A DNA stretch of 64,000 nucleotides, taken from assembly GCA_002269645.1 (NCBI GenBank), contig NIVC01000390.1, positions 1 to 64,000 of the forward strand. The letters run 5' to 3'. This DNA is from Macrostomum lignano (lineage: Eukaryota). Shown piece after piece: positions 11,606-24,075 of this stretch (the stretch's first letter is position 1; every line of letters starts with the position of its first letter). Below the pieces are notes generated by a model. It was not told the DNA's origin. It searched no databases and saw only the letters and a list, made by a program, of their open reading frames with translations. The translations under genes were made by a program, and so were the position numbers.

Positions 11606-12670
11606 GGCAATGGCTAGAGTTCCGGCACTGGAACCCATTTTCTAATGCTATGAATCTGGTTCTAGCCGAAGTCATCATATTTGAGATTGTCATCTGCGGC
11701 TTACGAGAAAAACAACTAAATTATCTAAATCATATCATCTCAATATTAGACAATGCTGCATTCACTAAATCCTCATATTGAGTTGCATTGGCTGCGCAAG
11801 GATCTTAGCTCATGGCGGCAGCGTGTTCTTGTTTGCCAACAAATTAAAACAATTTACAGTGTATAACTTAAGGCTTATTCAATTCAAACTACTATCAAAT
11901 GAGCCATCAAAATCATACAGTCAAATACAAAGGAATCAAATTAAATGAGCCTTTACAAGGAGTTATAAGGAGCTTACAAGGCTTATTGGCTTATAAGAAG
12001 TTCCCAACAAGCTGTCAATCAAACAGCTAGCTAAAAATACTAACTATGGTCACTCAAAAGATTGTCTTTGCAACCCAGTAAACCTATAGTTCAAGCTAGA
12101 TATGGCTCACGTTCCCAAAGAATTCACTGCTGCAGGCATTTCTCTTTGCATAAATTAGTTTTTATATTTGTCATCTCTCTACTGTCTATTATATTAGTCT
12201 CAGTAGGCCTAGTCATGCAACAATTAGCATAATTAATTGACACAGTTAAATTATAGGTGCATGCAAGGGATTTTTGCCTGAAAGTAGGAAAATCCTAAAT
12301 TAATACACCCTTGCCTTTGGTCAAAGTCGTCATATTTAAATATTTAAGTCTCCCAGATTTGTTCAAGTCATCATCATCATATGACGATTTTGAATATGAC
12401 GATTTTGGCTGCACCCCATGGATCTAGTAGTGGTAGGCCCTATTCCAGTAGTGCAATTTATGGGTATAATATAGCAGAAACATTTTACTTTTTTAATGGA
12501 TGGTTGATATTGGGATTTAGTTCAAGATAAGATCAAAACGAAATGATAAGATTTAAAACAAGATACTTCTAATGTTCAAAGACTTAATTAGTAGATAACT
12601 GCCTGCAAAAGACTGCCGGATCCATAGCCATTAGAAAACAGGTTCCAGTGCCGGAACTCTAGCCATTACC
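11606..12670. mobile_element. Non-autonomous DNA transposon (MITE-like, probably Merlin superfamily), 1065 bp
   Basis: TIRs GG(C/T)AATGGCTAGAGTTCCGGCACTGGAACC extend about 50 bp imperfectly. There is an exact 8-bp TSD AGCAAAAA at 11598-11605 and 12671-12678, and no transposase ORF inside. Confidence 0.88.
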
Positions 12671-14448
12671 AGCAAAAATATTTTTGTAAAAATATTCCAA
12701 AACTACAAAAATAGTTAGGCCTATCGCCTATAATTACAACCAAAAGTAATTACATAATTGCCTGATACTGTAATATTTAAACGTAAATAGAGACTGCTTT
12801 GTGAAATAAAATAAAAGTAACACAAGTTTATTATATATTAGTTGGTTTCGTGTTTCCACGTTCATTGATTTTAGGTAAATAAAATATGTAGTAGGCTTAG
12901 TTTTCAATTATCGTCGACGTCGATTTATAATAATTGATTTATAATTTTAAGCCTTACCACTTTTTGATTTAATATTCATTAATTCATTCTGCGGAACCAA
13001 AAGCATTCTATTGCTGCTTCAAATGGTAGGGTGCTTGCTTGAGTTGTGTGGTCATTAGAGTTTCTAGTGTTTAGGCGCGAGCGAGCGGGCCGGTCGGTCG
13101 GTCCACAGGTCCAAATTCAGCGGTTGTCGAATTTGAATCATCGATAAATTTCTTTGAACTCTTAGTGTTTTAAACAAATCTTCTAAGTTTACTAGGAATT
13201 ATTCAATTATTGGGTGTCTAATGTCCAGAAATAGTAGTTTATATGGTATCTAAGCGGCCAAAGTTATTGCTACTGTTGACAAAGGCTTCCAGAATTGATG
13301 TCACCAGGGTAAACGGATCTACTTTGCTAATAAAATAGGTCTGCTCGCATACAATTATTTAGAGCTAAAATTCTATTTTGCTTACTGATAGTATACTGAC
13401 GCCCACCGCCCACTGCCATGCACGGAAAAAAAGATTGCACGGAAATACGTAATCGCTCGTTAATTTCTTATCAACAATTGCTAGCTAAATATATTATTTA
13501 TGTTTATTAAACCTTCTCTTTTCGAGTTTGAAGCCTGAGCTCTTATTGGTGTATTCCCACGAGAGGCTGAGAGAAATGAATCAGGCACATTCTCAGATTT
13601 TCAAACTAAAGTAAGTGGGCTAGCTGCAGTGCTTTGCTGGCGATGTATTTCGAGACTTAATGTTAAAAACGGAACTAAAAAACAAAAATGTAATCGAATC
13701 AGGGTGTTGTTCTTATCCTGGGAAAGTCAACCGAAAAAAATCAAACAGAGAGCGGACCTCGACCAGTATGAAAGGTTAAAGCTGTGGTCACTTTAAGAAA
13801 TCGGCTGATGTTCCACACTGGATGTCCAATCGATCAGTAAAAAAGGTCACCCTGATTTATTGTACTTACTTCGTACACGGGGTGGGGATCCACAAACCGC
13901 GTTCAAGTCTGCCCAGGAGGACCGGAAGGGTTAGTCTAAATAGCGGTGAAAACGCGCGGAAATGGAACACAGGTGCCCGTGCGGGAAAATTTGGCGGAGA
14001 CAACCATCACAGCAACTCATGAAGGTCGGAAACAAACGCGGAAACATGAACAGAAAAAGCTGGTCTAAAAACTTATAAAAATTAGAATCGAAAGATTACA
14101 CAATGTTTACCTAAGCATTGAGAAAACGATCCGGTTATTAGTTTGAAAAAACAACTGCTGGTAGTTCTGGTTCGAAATATATATAATTGTTGAAATCTAT
14201 AATTTCGATAAAGTCATTCCGACTTTTTTTAAGACAAGAATTAAAAAGAATGATAAGTTTTACAATTACCGCGAGACAATATTGACAGAGCAGACAAGAA
14301 AACAAGAATTAAATTTACATTTTCCAGAGTTAGCTAAAATACATGTGCGACGAATAATGAAAACATTTGCGAGTGGTCTGTTTTGTCTGTATTTGTCTGT
14401 TTATTCATTAGTTTTCAGTAGTTCAAGATCTCTTCGCACGATTGCATT

Positions 14449-14880
14449 CTAGCAGAATTCCCGATCGCTGTACATGCAGCCAAACTGTACATCAACGTAC
14501 AAAGTCTCCAGGGTTGTAGCACTAGTTCTTGCGCAGGTTTGAAATTTAATTGTTTTAGTGAGGCACCGAGGATCACCGCTGACGCAGCGACTGTGAATTA
14601 ACAATCCGGGAAGCAGGTCGTCGCGCACTTCGTAGCAGAGATAGCTGAAACAGCTTTTGGGCTTAGCAACGGCATAGTATGCCACGGCAGAGTTGCAAGG
14701 CTTTAGATTAGATCCATTCATTTCCTTTAGCAGCTCACGGATACTGTGGGTGTTTTGTGTGTCCAGATTTGAAAGCTTGGTGTTATTAATTCCGTCGAAG
14801 ACGCTGCAGTCGATGGCTGCCAAGTTGCTGCGTAGCTGCAGGAGTAGCAGGTACAGAAGTGTCACAATTTTCGGACACAT
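14449..14880 (-). CDS. Secreted cysteine-rich protein, 143 aa, IL-17/cystine-knot-like spacing
   Basis: ATG start, hydrophobic signal peptide (IVTLLYLLLLQLRSNLAA), 8 Cys in the mature part, 2 N-glycosylation sequons, and AATAAA at 14400-14405 on the minus strand. The family assignment is tentative. Confidence 0.75.
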   Translation of the reverse strand: MCPKIVTLLYLLLLQLRSNLAAIDCSVFDGINNTKLSNLDTQNTHSIRELLKEMNGSNLKPCNSAVAYYAVAKPKSCFSYLCYEVRDDLLPGLLIHSRCVSGDPRCLTKTIKFQTCARTSATTLETLYVDVQFGCMYSDREFC

Positions 14881-15601
14881 TGGTGCTCAAGCGCGATGAA
14901 AAACTAACTCCTACTAGTTTGGAATATCAGATTCTTTCTTGTTTTGGCCTTCTCTGTAAATTTTTGGCTTTAATATTTTATAGCATTTTTTCAACCCTGC
15001 AGGTTGCATCTGACTCTTTGAGTCAGGAATAGAGCTCACATTTGTAATTAATATAGACAATATGCGAGCTATGGAATTTAGAGATAAGGAGGTAACCCAA
15101 CTGATATGGGGTCCGATACATCTGTTTGAGTCTGATGTCAGAGCTACAATAAGCAATGCAAACAGCAATGTATCTCCGTTTATGTGCATGCGATGACGGA
15201 AGTTTAAATTCAGGTCCGACACAGTCATACCGGAATTTTTAGCCACCTGATAATTGGCGAGCCTCTGCCACCCGCGACTTAATAGTCGTAGAAGAATATA
15301 GTTTAAAGCTTGTTCACACTGCCATCAAATGAGCAATGAAAAAATGTACAAGGCACTGCGCCGTTTGACGATCATTTGATGGAGGTGTGAACGAGAATTT
15401 AATGGTAGATTTTGGTTGGCTGGCCTTCAAGTGAGTCACATTGTGCAGCATGATGCCAGCGGTGCCGCGTTCAGCCGCTAGTTGCAAAGCCTTCAACCGC
15501 GTCTCGGGCTGTTTTGCGTCGGACTGTGCCGCTGTCGTTCGCTGAGATTTTCCCATGCGTGTGCACATCTTAAAGGATTAATTAACAGTAGAACTACCAA
15601 G

Positions 15602-15614
15602 AGGGGATTCCCCT
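15602..15614. promoter_or_regulatory. Near-palindromic kappaB-type motif AGGGGATTCCCCT
   Basis: Matches the NF-kB consensus GGGRNWYYCC. Lies about 720 bp upstream of the secreted-protein ATG. Function untested. Confidence 0.25.
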
Positions 15615-17620
15615 GACAATTTTTTGCTGCGCCGAAGCGGAGCAAAGCAGGCACATGGAATTTCAAGAACACGGACTAACTTTTTGTTTCGCACCTTTTT
15701 AAAAAAGAAATGAGTCGCAAGCCGTCCGGACCGTCAAGATATTCAGCGATTCTTCCAGAAAATCGGAAGGCTGCGCCTCAGTGCAGCCTTGCCAAGCCTC
15801 CGAATTTCATTAGCACGTCGACCACACGTGTATGCACATGTGACTTCGTTGATCACTGGCCTTCACCCAGGCGGAGCTTCTGGATCTTCAACAAGGTGGT
15901 TGAAGGTGGTCACCATGAACACTGTAGTGAATTTCTCCACTTTTGCTGATCAAGCCTCGAAAGTGGGCAAGCCTCAACTTCTGGACATTCTCAGTTAGTC
16001 TCTCAAACATTCCGTCATCACCCCGTCGCCGTCGGCAACTTCAACAGATGACGTACACCAGACATCCACAATACTATATTGCAATAAAAAACAAAGGAAA
16101 GTTAGCGTATGACAGCCACTACTGTACTCTCGATATGTAGACGAAAGTTTTTATCGTAATAATAATTTTACTTGATTTCATAGGGGTAAATTTTTTAAAA
16201 GCATCTCTCGTGTATCCATAGTCACCTGTTTTCGTCTTTTGAAGGTGCTGACAGTGTCTGAAGGACTACCGAATGCTTGAGAAACTAGTTGAGGATAAAC
16301 CTTAGCAGTTGAGGTTTGCCAATTTTGAAGCTTGGTGAGATAAATCTGACAGAGTTGCAACAGGATGACCATGGGTACCTGGATATCCCTGAAACCCCCT
16401 TGGTAGTTCGACGGGCTAAAATGTCTTGGTATTCCTATAGTTAAAGGGTTTAAATTAGCCGATCCTTGGGTTAGATTTTTGCGAATCTGAATGCATTCGA
16501 CGTTTTTAGGGTATAAGACTACATGCATTTAATAGGTGGTTTAAACATTGCCTTGCATCACTACTTATAAGTAGGAGGTGGGCAGAAAGGGGTAGAGAAG
16601 ATACGCTCTTGATTGATTGACTGCATTTGAGTTTATTTTTTAAATGTCTCTTAATTTCTGAAATTTGAATGTTTGGAAAACCCTTGCTTCCGAGTTTCAT
16701 TATAATCTATAGCTCGAATTTCTATTCAGCAGTCAGAATCGATATAAACATTTATTTGACACCTGTAGAATTTAGATTGTATAGCACACACCTACACGCG
16801 TGTTGACTAAGCAAAGCTTTTAAAATTCTCAGTCAAGACGCTACGCTTTTCAATGCATTGCTTATTGCTAGTAGGCTTATATGCACAGTTGACATACAAA
16901 CACTTGTTTCTTATGGTGCAGTTTGAACTATCTTATGCTAATCCCGGAGAAGTCTTCCCTTCTTTACTTGATGACATTTCGAAAAAAAACTACTGATTGG
17001 AGAAGCATTTATGTGTTATTGACTTGTGGGGACTTTGGTAGGCTAATAGAGGCCTAATGAGGATCTTCTAATGGAGAAATAGCGAGGCGCTGAAGCGAGG
17101 ACAGAGAGGAGTTTAGGGAAAACTGGGACAAGTAGGCTGAGTTTCTAGTCCAGCATCATTGGCCAATGGTTTGTGGACCAATAAGATTCTCGGACGGGTC
17201 ACCCATTGGCTAAAATTCAAGGACAATGAAGAGAGAAAATGGCTGGGAGGAGCCAGTCTAGCTAGAAGCTTTTTTAGACCCCAGCAATTAGGCGTGGCAG
17301 TGGTTAAAAGCACTCGACACAATCATCAACTGCTGAGCTACGACAAACACAAATGGAAGATGCTCTATAGCGCAGGCTGCCTCAGAGGTGCAATATAGAC
17401 GAGCATTCTACAGCTGCCACTCTACCTGCGAGACTGAATCGAGGGGACAAGACGGCACTTAGAGCCAGCCACTGCATTGTGGACTGCCCAAAAGCTTTCA
17501 CTGCTTTCTCACGCTTACCTACTACCACCACCAGCTTAGACAGCTGAGACGCAGCCTCAACAGGCTCGCCCGACAGAGACGTCAGCGAGACGCATGCTCC
17601 GCTCGTAAATCATATGCCCC

Positions 17621-20600
17621 ATGAAGCATGCAGCCGCCTGCAACCGCCTCGCATCCCTGCTGCTGCCGCTGCTCGCGCTGCTGGCCAGCCGGGTCGCGTC
17701 CGGCCAGACTTCGGCTGCAACACCCGGCCGATACAACTTCACTGTGCACGAGAACAGGCCCGCTGGCTTCCAGGTGGGTCAGGTGAAACTGAACCCTGGA
17801 TTTGCCTACCAGCTGAGCCCCGCTTCGACATTGTTCAGCTTTGATAGTGCAACTGGAATCATTACAACTAAAGTCTCTATTGACCGCGAGACTCTCAGCT
17901 CAGACATCGTTGATTTACTGATAATTGGTTCATCCACCTCATCTGTTGTGTCTCTCAGTGTCCGCATACACGTCCTGGACGAAAACGACAACAGTCCACG
18001 TTTTCCAGAGCCGCTTGTTGTCTGGGAGATCTCCGAGAACGCCATCGTTGGCACTGCCAGAATTCTGCCGATCGCATCAGACCCAGATGTTGGTGCCAAC
18101 TCGGTTACGCTCAACTACAAGATTACGTCAGGCAACGCAGAAGGCAAGTTTCACTTGAGAGTGGAGAACTCATTAGGCTTCTTGCAGCTAAAACTGCTCA
18201 CAGTTGGGCGGCTTGACAGGGAAAAGACCGGCTTCTACAGCCTCAATATCTCTGCCGAGGACGGCGGCCACCCTATTCGTCATGGATACCTGTCCGTCCA
18301 GGTTACAGTTGAGGACTACAACGACGAGCGTCCCAAGTTCGAGCAGCAGGTTTACTATGCAGTGGTGAACGAGACAGTTTCCGTAGGCCAGGAGATCGCT
18401 CGAGTCAAGGCTACAGACGGAGACCAAGTTGGAACTGTTAATTCACTTGTCACCTACAGCTTCAAAGAGAGGCCCTTCAATAATGAGTTCGAGGTCGACG
18501 TCAGGACTGGAGCTGTTCGAGTGGCGAAGCCGCTTACCTGCTTCCGTAACATCGAAGGCTGCACGCTGAGTATTGAAGCAACCGATAACGGGGTACCGCA
18601 GCTGCACTCTGAAAGCTCTTGTACCGTCCAGATTACAGTATTGCGCTCCAACGATCACAGCCCGGAGATTCGAGTCATTTTAAGTACCAAGAAAGACGAC
18701 TACGCTGTAATCGATGAGACTTCAAAGCCGGACGATCCGATCGGTGTTGTGCAGGTGACTGACGCCGACTCTGGAAAGAACGGGCAGACTAGTCTAGCAC
18801 TGCTACAGACTTCCGGCTACTTTGCTTTACGCCCACTATCAGCCAACTATTATCGCATTGTGACTGCTAGAATATTCACAACTGAATCCCCGAAGGACTT
18901 TCAACTGCTTCTCAGAGCAGAGGACAAAGGTCAGCCGTCAAGAGTTTCAACACTGACGGTCACTGTGCGAGTCAACAAGGCGAACCAATTTGCGCCCAGC
19001 TTTAATGAGAGCCTCAAAGTGGTGCACTTATCACAGCTGGCACCAGTTGGGTCATTCGTAGCAAGCATGACCGCTCATGACAATGACACATACGGCATTA
19101 ACTCTGAGGTGCGCTACCAAATAGTTGAAGGCAACGAAGGCGATTACTTTAAAATCGCGCACGACTCGGGATTGGTACTAACGAAGCGGCATTTGAAACT
19201 AGTGAAGCAATCGACCTTCCGTCTAAACATCAGCGCCAGCGACAGTGGACCAAAGCGGCTAATTTCCTACGCGATGCTTCAAGTGGAAGTGGACAGCGGA
19301 AATCATGCTCCAACGTGTAAAAAAGATCGAATAGAAGTCCAGGTGCATCAGGGGAGCAAGTTCGATCTCTCTCTTAATGAGATATGCCACGATTCAGACA
19401 CAGGCTCAAACGGAGCACTTGTCTTCAGAATTCAGCGTCAGACAACATCCGGAAGTGTCAACAAGTGCCAGATACTGTCTGGAGAAGAATTTAATTGTGA
19501 CGGTGTACAACAAGATGCTCAGTATGTTATCGATGTCAGTGATCAGGCTCAGACACCACTGCATAGCCGCTTACTTCTTAGCGTTCGTGCAGTTAAGAAT
19601 GATTCTAGTGAGCTGAAGTTCTATCCGCTTCGCTACCACGTGACAACTCCAGCTGGTAAGCCAGACTTTGGCAAGGCCTTAACACGACTGCAGGCCTCTG
19701 GAAGCGGTAAGCTTCACTACAGCATGCAGAGTCTTCGTTCGGACTTTATGATCGATCCTAATACAGGAATCGTGAGGATGGCAAACTACACAGCCAAGGA
19801 CATGGTCACATTGATTTTTCTTGTCAACGATGTGCACGGAAATATAGCGCAAAATCCGGCTGAAGTGCATGTTTATCCTGTCGCGACAACCGCCGCGAGC
19901 AGGCCAGTGTTCTTGCAGACTGTGTACAGCTTTGAGCTTACCGAGGACAATGGTGACGCAATCAACACTAGACAGACGCGCAACATTGGCTTTGTTTCAG
20001 CCGCTGATGTTTACGGATACGAGATTGTAGACGGCGATCCGAATGAAATTTTTACTGTTTCAAGCTCTGGCGCTTTGAGCGTGGCAAAAGACTTAGACAG
20101 AGAGCAAACTTCGCACTACAATTTGACCGTGGTTGGACTTGGAAGCTCGGATATGTGCTCGTGCCATGTGAGCATAACCGTAGCAGATCTCAATGACAAC
20201 ACTCCCAGGTTCGAGTGGACTGCGTACGAGTTCAACATCAGCGACTCTACGCCGATAGGCCACACTGTGGGCGCCATCAGAGCGTGGGACTCCGACGCGG
20301 GTATGAATTCGAAGCTATCTTATGTACTTCGTGGACGACGGGCATCATACTTTGAGTTGGAAAGGGAAAGTGGACTACTGCGATTAGTTAAACCAGTGTC
20401 TAAATGGCAAGAGACAGAACTTCAGCAGGGAATCAGCTTATCTGTAACGGTAAGTGACGCTGGAACGCCTTCACGAAACAGTTCTGTGGATGTTCAGATC
20501 ACCATTGATCCCAGCTTTGTTGACTATCCGATGCTGAATGAGTCGAACAACGAGTTTTTTGTCAGTGAAGATGCACCAGTCAACAGCATTATCGGCAGAA

Positions 20601-22456
20601 TGAACGCAACTGGCAAGTATTCCATTGTGTATTCTCTGTCACCGATCTTCTCAACAGTGCAGCAGGAAGACAACATAGCAATATTGCCTACCGGTGAATT
20701 GTATATTAATAAGGCGTTGGATAGAGAAACCCGCGACAGTTATGAACTCGAGGTGTTCGCAACATTTTTTGAGCCAGCCATGCAGACGCAACCAATGTGG
20801 ATGACTTCAAGCTCCACAGTGACCGTTTACGTGCAGGATGTCAACGACTGTAGTCCAGTGTTCTCTAGCAGCAATTATATTTTTGAGCTGCCAGAAAACT
20901 CAACAGCTGAGCACCTAGTCGGACGCGTCTTTGCTGCCGATGCTGACGAGGGGGCCAACGGCCACATTCTCTACTATCTAGCCGATGTGTCTCGCCAGGG
21001 ACTGTTTCACATTGACCCGGTGTTAGGCGAGATTCGATCCCTTCGCCAGTTCGACTTCGAGAACCCCAGCGACCGAGAATTCGAATTTGCCGTGGTCGCC
21101 AAAGATCGGGGAAGCGATGAAAGCTCAGTACAGAGTGGCCACGCTCGAGTCAAGGTGGTCATCACGGATGTGAACGATCATAGGCCGACATTCTCAGCTT
21201 CAGCGTTCTATTTTGAGCTACTGGAGAACGCCACCGAAGGCAGCATCGTCGCTCAACTAGCAGCCAAGGATCCAGATAGCGGACTCAACGGTGCGTTGGT
21301 GTACTCCTTCCTAGGTGGAAACGAACTTGGCAACTTTGCTCTCGGTGAGAACACTGGCGAGCTTAGAGTCAATAAAAATCTCGATAGAGAGCTCAAAGAA
21401 AGATTTGAGCTTCTTATTGGCGTATCTGACAAGGGGGAACCGAAGCTATCAAGCAGTGCAATGGTCTTTGTGCAAGTACTCGACTGCAACGATCAAAAGC
21501 CAGTGTTCTACAAGGAGCAAGTTGGTCGCATAACAGTATCAGAACCTATTAAACCGGGAACCAAGCTTCACAAGTTTTATGCCACAGATAGAGACGCGGG
21601 AACGAATTCCAAGTTTTATTTCTCAATCGCGTTTGGCAATATTGACGAGGTTTTCGGTATGGATCAAGTGACTGGCGCTCTGTATCTGGTTAAGCCGCTA
21701 GATTTTGAAACTCGGTCCCGGTATCAATTGGCAATTCGAGCAACCGATTTCGGCGGCCAGTTTAGCCAGATTAATTTCACCGTTATAGTTGAGAATATAA
21801 ATGACAACGCGCCTCAATTTACTGGATCACCGCTGGTTATTCAAGTCGAAGAGAATTCGAGCGGCGGAGCAATAGGCCGAGTGGTTGCCAAGGACGCGGA
21901 TGGAGATGAGATCTCGTACCACCTGGTGTTTCAAGAGCCGTACGGCACCGATTTCCGAGTCGATAGTCGGACTGGCCAAATTGTTGTAGAGAAGGAACTG
22001 GACCGTGAAAAGGTGGCGGTTTACAAGCTGCACATTGAAGCTCGGGACAGGCCCTCCAAGGCATCAGAGAAGCGGCTCACATCAACTGTCACGATAGCTA
22101 CAGTTATTGTGGACGATATTGACGATAATAATGCTATTCTGCACACGCAGTCTGGCCTACTCCTGCCTCTAACCCTGACGCCGGGCGCCAAAGTGGCGCG
22201 CCTAGTCGCCTCGGATGCCGATCAGGGTGAGAACGCGAAGATCAACTTCGAAATATCCGGTCCAGACGCTGCCTACTTTTCCGTGGACAGGCGTACAGGC
22301 GAGCTGACTCTGCTGACGCAGCCGGCCGAAACAAAGACCTATTTTGATCTGGTAGTGAAGGTGAACAAAGGAGATGGCGGCCAGTCTGTGAGACTGATTG
22401 TACCCTCCAAGGAGAATAATGGTCCGATCTTCTCGCAATCGTCATACACCGGCGAG
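17621..22456 (+). CDS. FAT4: Fat4/ft-type giant cadherin, exon 1 (signal peptide and about 14 cadherin repeats)
   Basis: Signal peptide MKHAAACNRLASLLLPLLALLASRVASG. Repeated LDRE, DxNDNxPxF and AxDxD motifs. The first repeat FTVHENRPAGFQVGQV..PGFAYQL resembles Fat4. Donor GAG|GTGAGT, phase 0. Confidence 0.96.
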
Positions 22457-23522
22457 GTGAGTCTGTCTTTCTAATCCACTCACCCCCCAGACAAGTTTCC
22501 AATGAATGAAAAGAAGAGAATCGATCCAAATAATAGAGGGAGGGGGTTAAGAAGATGAAACGAGAGAATCCTGAGAGCTGAGGCAGACAATGGAGGGAAC
22601 GATGCCGTGCAGCATCCGATTGAAGGGCGCGCTCAAGGTTTGCCCAGCAGGCCGTCCCATCTTTAGCTGTCCTCCCCCCTCTGTTTCTCGGTTCCGCTTG
22701 CCACACCCCTCAGCCTCTTCCTTGGATGAGTCACATTGCAACGGCACAACCGGTTGTTTGCTAAAGACCCCTCTCTCCTCGACTGCAACTTACTGAGGGC
22801 CCGCCAACTATTTGTCATTGCTTTCTCTCCGGATCCCTACTAGTCTTGCGCCCTCAATTCTCACGTCTTTCCATCCTTCCGAATGTCAGTTCGTCTAAAA
22901 CTCTAATTTGAACCTCACGAAAACTCCCATGTGCTTTGTGTATCGATGAGCTAAGTGTAGTCACACGCCCGCTGTTCACACGCTGAGATAATTTCAGCGG
23001 CGGGAATAGAACCTGCTCCCTTGCTCGACTCGGTAGCAAACACCCGTAGCTACCCCGATTCATTATTAGAAGACTGGAGGGCGTCAAACTGAAGCCAGTT
23101 ACGCTTGTCGAAGGGTGGCTAGGTTTGGTTATTTGAGAGTTCCATCCGGCAGGGGACAGGTTTAAAAGGAAAGATAGAAACGGTTGGGAGTTGCGTAATC
23201 CGAGCTTCGCGCCTTGTATCGCCCCGGCTTCCGTTTCAAACTGTTGCAACCTGAATAGAAGTCTTTATCGTATTCAGCTCTGAGGCGCATTCAAAGAAAG
23301 CAATTATTTTATACTAGGAAAGCGTAATAATATGGGAAACGATTTTTCTATAGGAGTTTCTTAGAAAAAGAATCGATCAACTCAGCGGGCGGTTAGCCGC
23401 AGCAATGGTCAAAAGTTTCATAAGACTTTGGGCACAGTTCGTTCACAATGACCAATTAAAAAAGAGTTGCCCAGCCACGCCCTCTTCCAACTCCCTCCTG
23501 AATATCGATTTGGCAATCGCAG

Positions 23523-23807
23523 GTGGCCGAGGGCACCGAGCCGGGCAAGGAGATCCTCCGGATGCGAGCGCTATACGCCGGCAACCCGCGCTCGGCTGTG
23601 CACTACTTCATCACCGGAGTGTACGCCGGCAACAGAAGCGAGCCGCAGGTGCGCGGCCTGTTCCAGTTGAAGAATTCCGCCGACAACGGAGTCTTGCTGA
23701 CCGGGCCACTGCCGCTGGACAGAGAGGCGACACGCACCGGACAGTACCAGCTGGAGGTGACCGCTCTGGACACCGGGAGCCGTCTGCCGAAGACCCGAAC
23801 TGCTAGT
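23523..23807 (+). CDS. FAT4: Fat cadherin exon 2
   Basis: Acceptor CGCAG and donor GTAAGT. Reads VAEGTEPGKEIL...LDRE...YQLEVTALDTG, 285 nt, phase 0/0. Confidence 0.93.
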
Positions 23808-23844
23808 GTAAGTCCTGGGCAGAAACTTTTCTCTCTTTCTGTCT

Positions 23845-24075
23845 AGCTCACGTCTGACTCAAGCGCCAAGTTACCCGGGTTCGATTCCGTGCGCGGTCTC
23901 ATTAATTTGTAGTTCGTGTACGGAAATTTCTCTGGGGTTTTTTGCGCGATTCACGCACGTGAGGGAAAATCTTCAAGGCAAAGATTGTGTGCATGCGCCG
24001 ACAATAAGAAAGTCATGGCGGCTGTACACTACATCAGCATAGAATTTAAGTCGCATAGAATCTAGAAGGCATAGA
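23845..24075 (+). mobile_element. 5'-truncated tRNA-related SINE-like element (family B)
   Basis: CGTCTGACTC..CCCGGGTTCGATTCC (B-box), and the 3' end has short tandem GCATAGAAT repeats. No A-box is visible. Confidence 0.45.

Noticed and set aside
12958-13006. Short ATG exon (MLLVPQNELMNIKSKS) with a strong donor as CREB exon 1
   Set aside because: Phase 1 does not match the phase-0 acceptor at 9889, and no intermediate exon was found.
15700-17400. Short ORFs in coding-like sequence between the divergent genes
   Set aside because: Stops in all frames and no recognisable motif. Possibly decayed transposon sequence, but not supportable.
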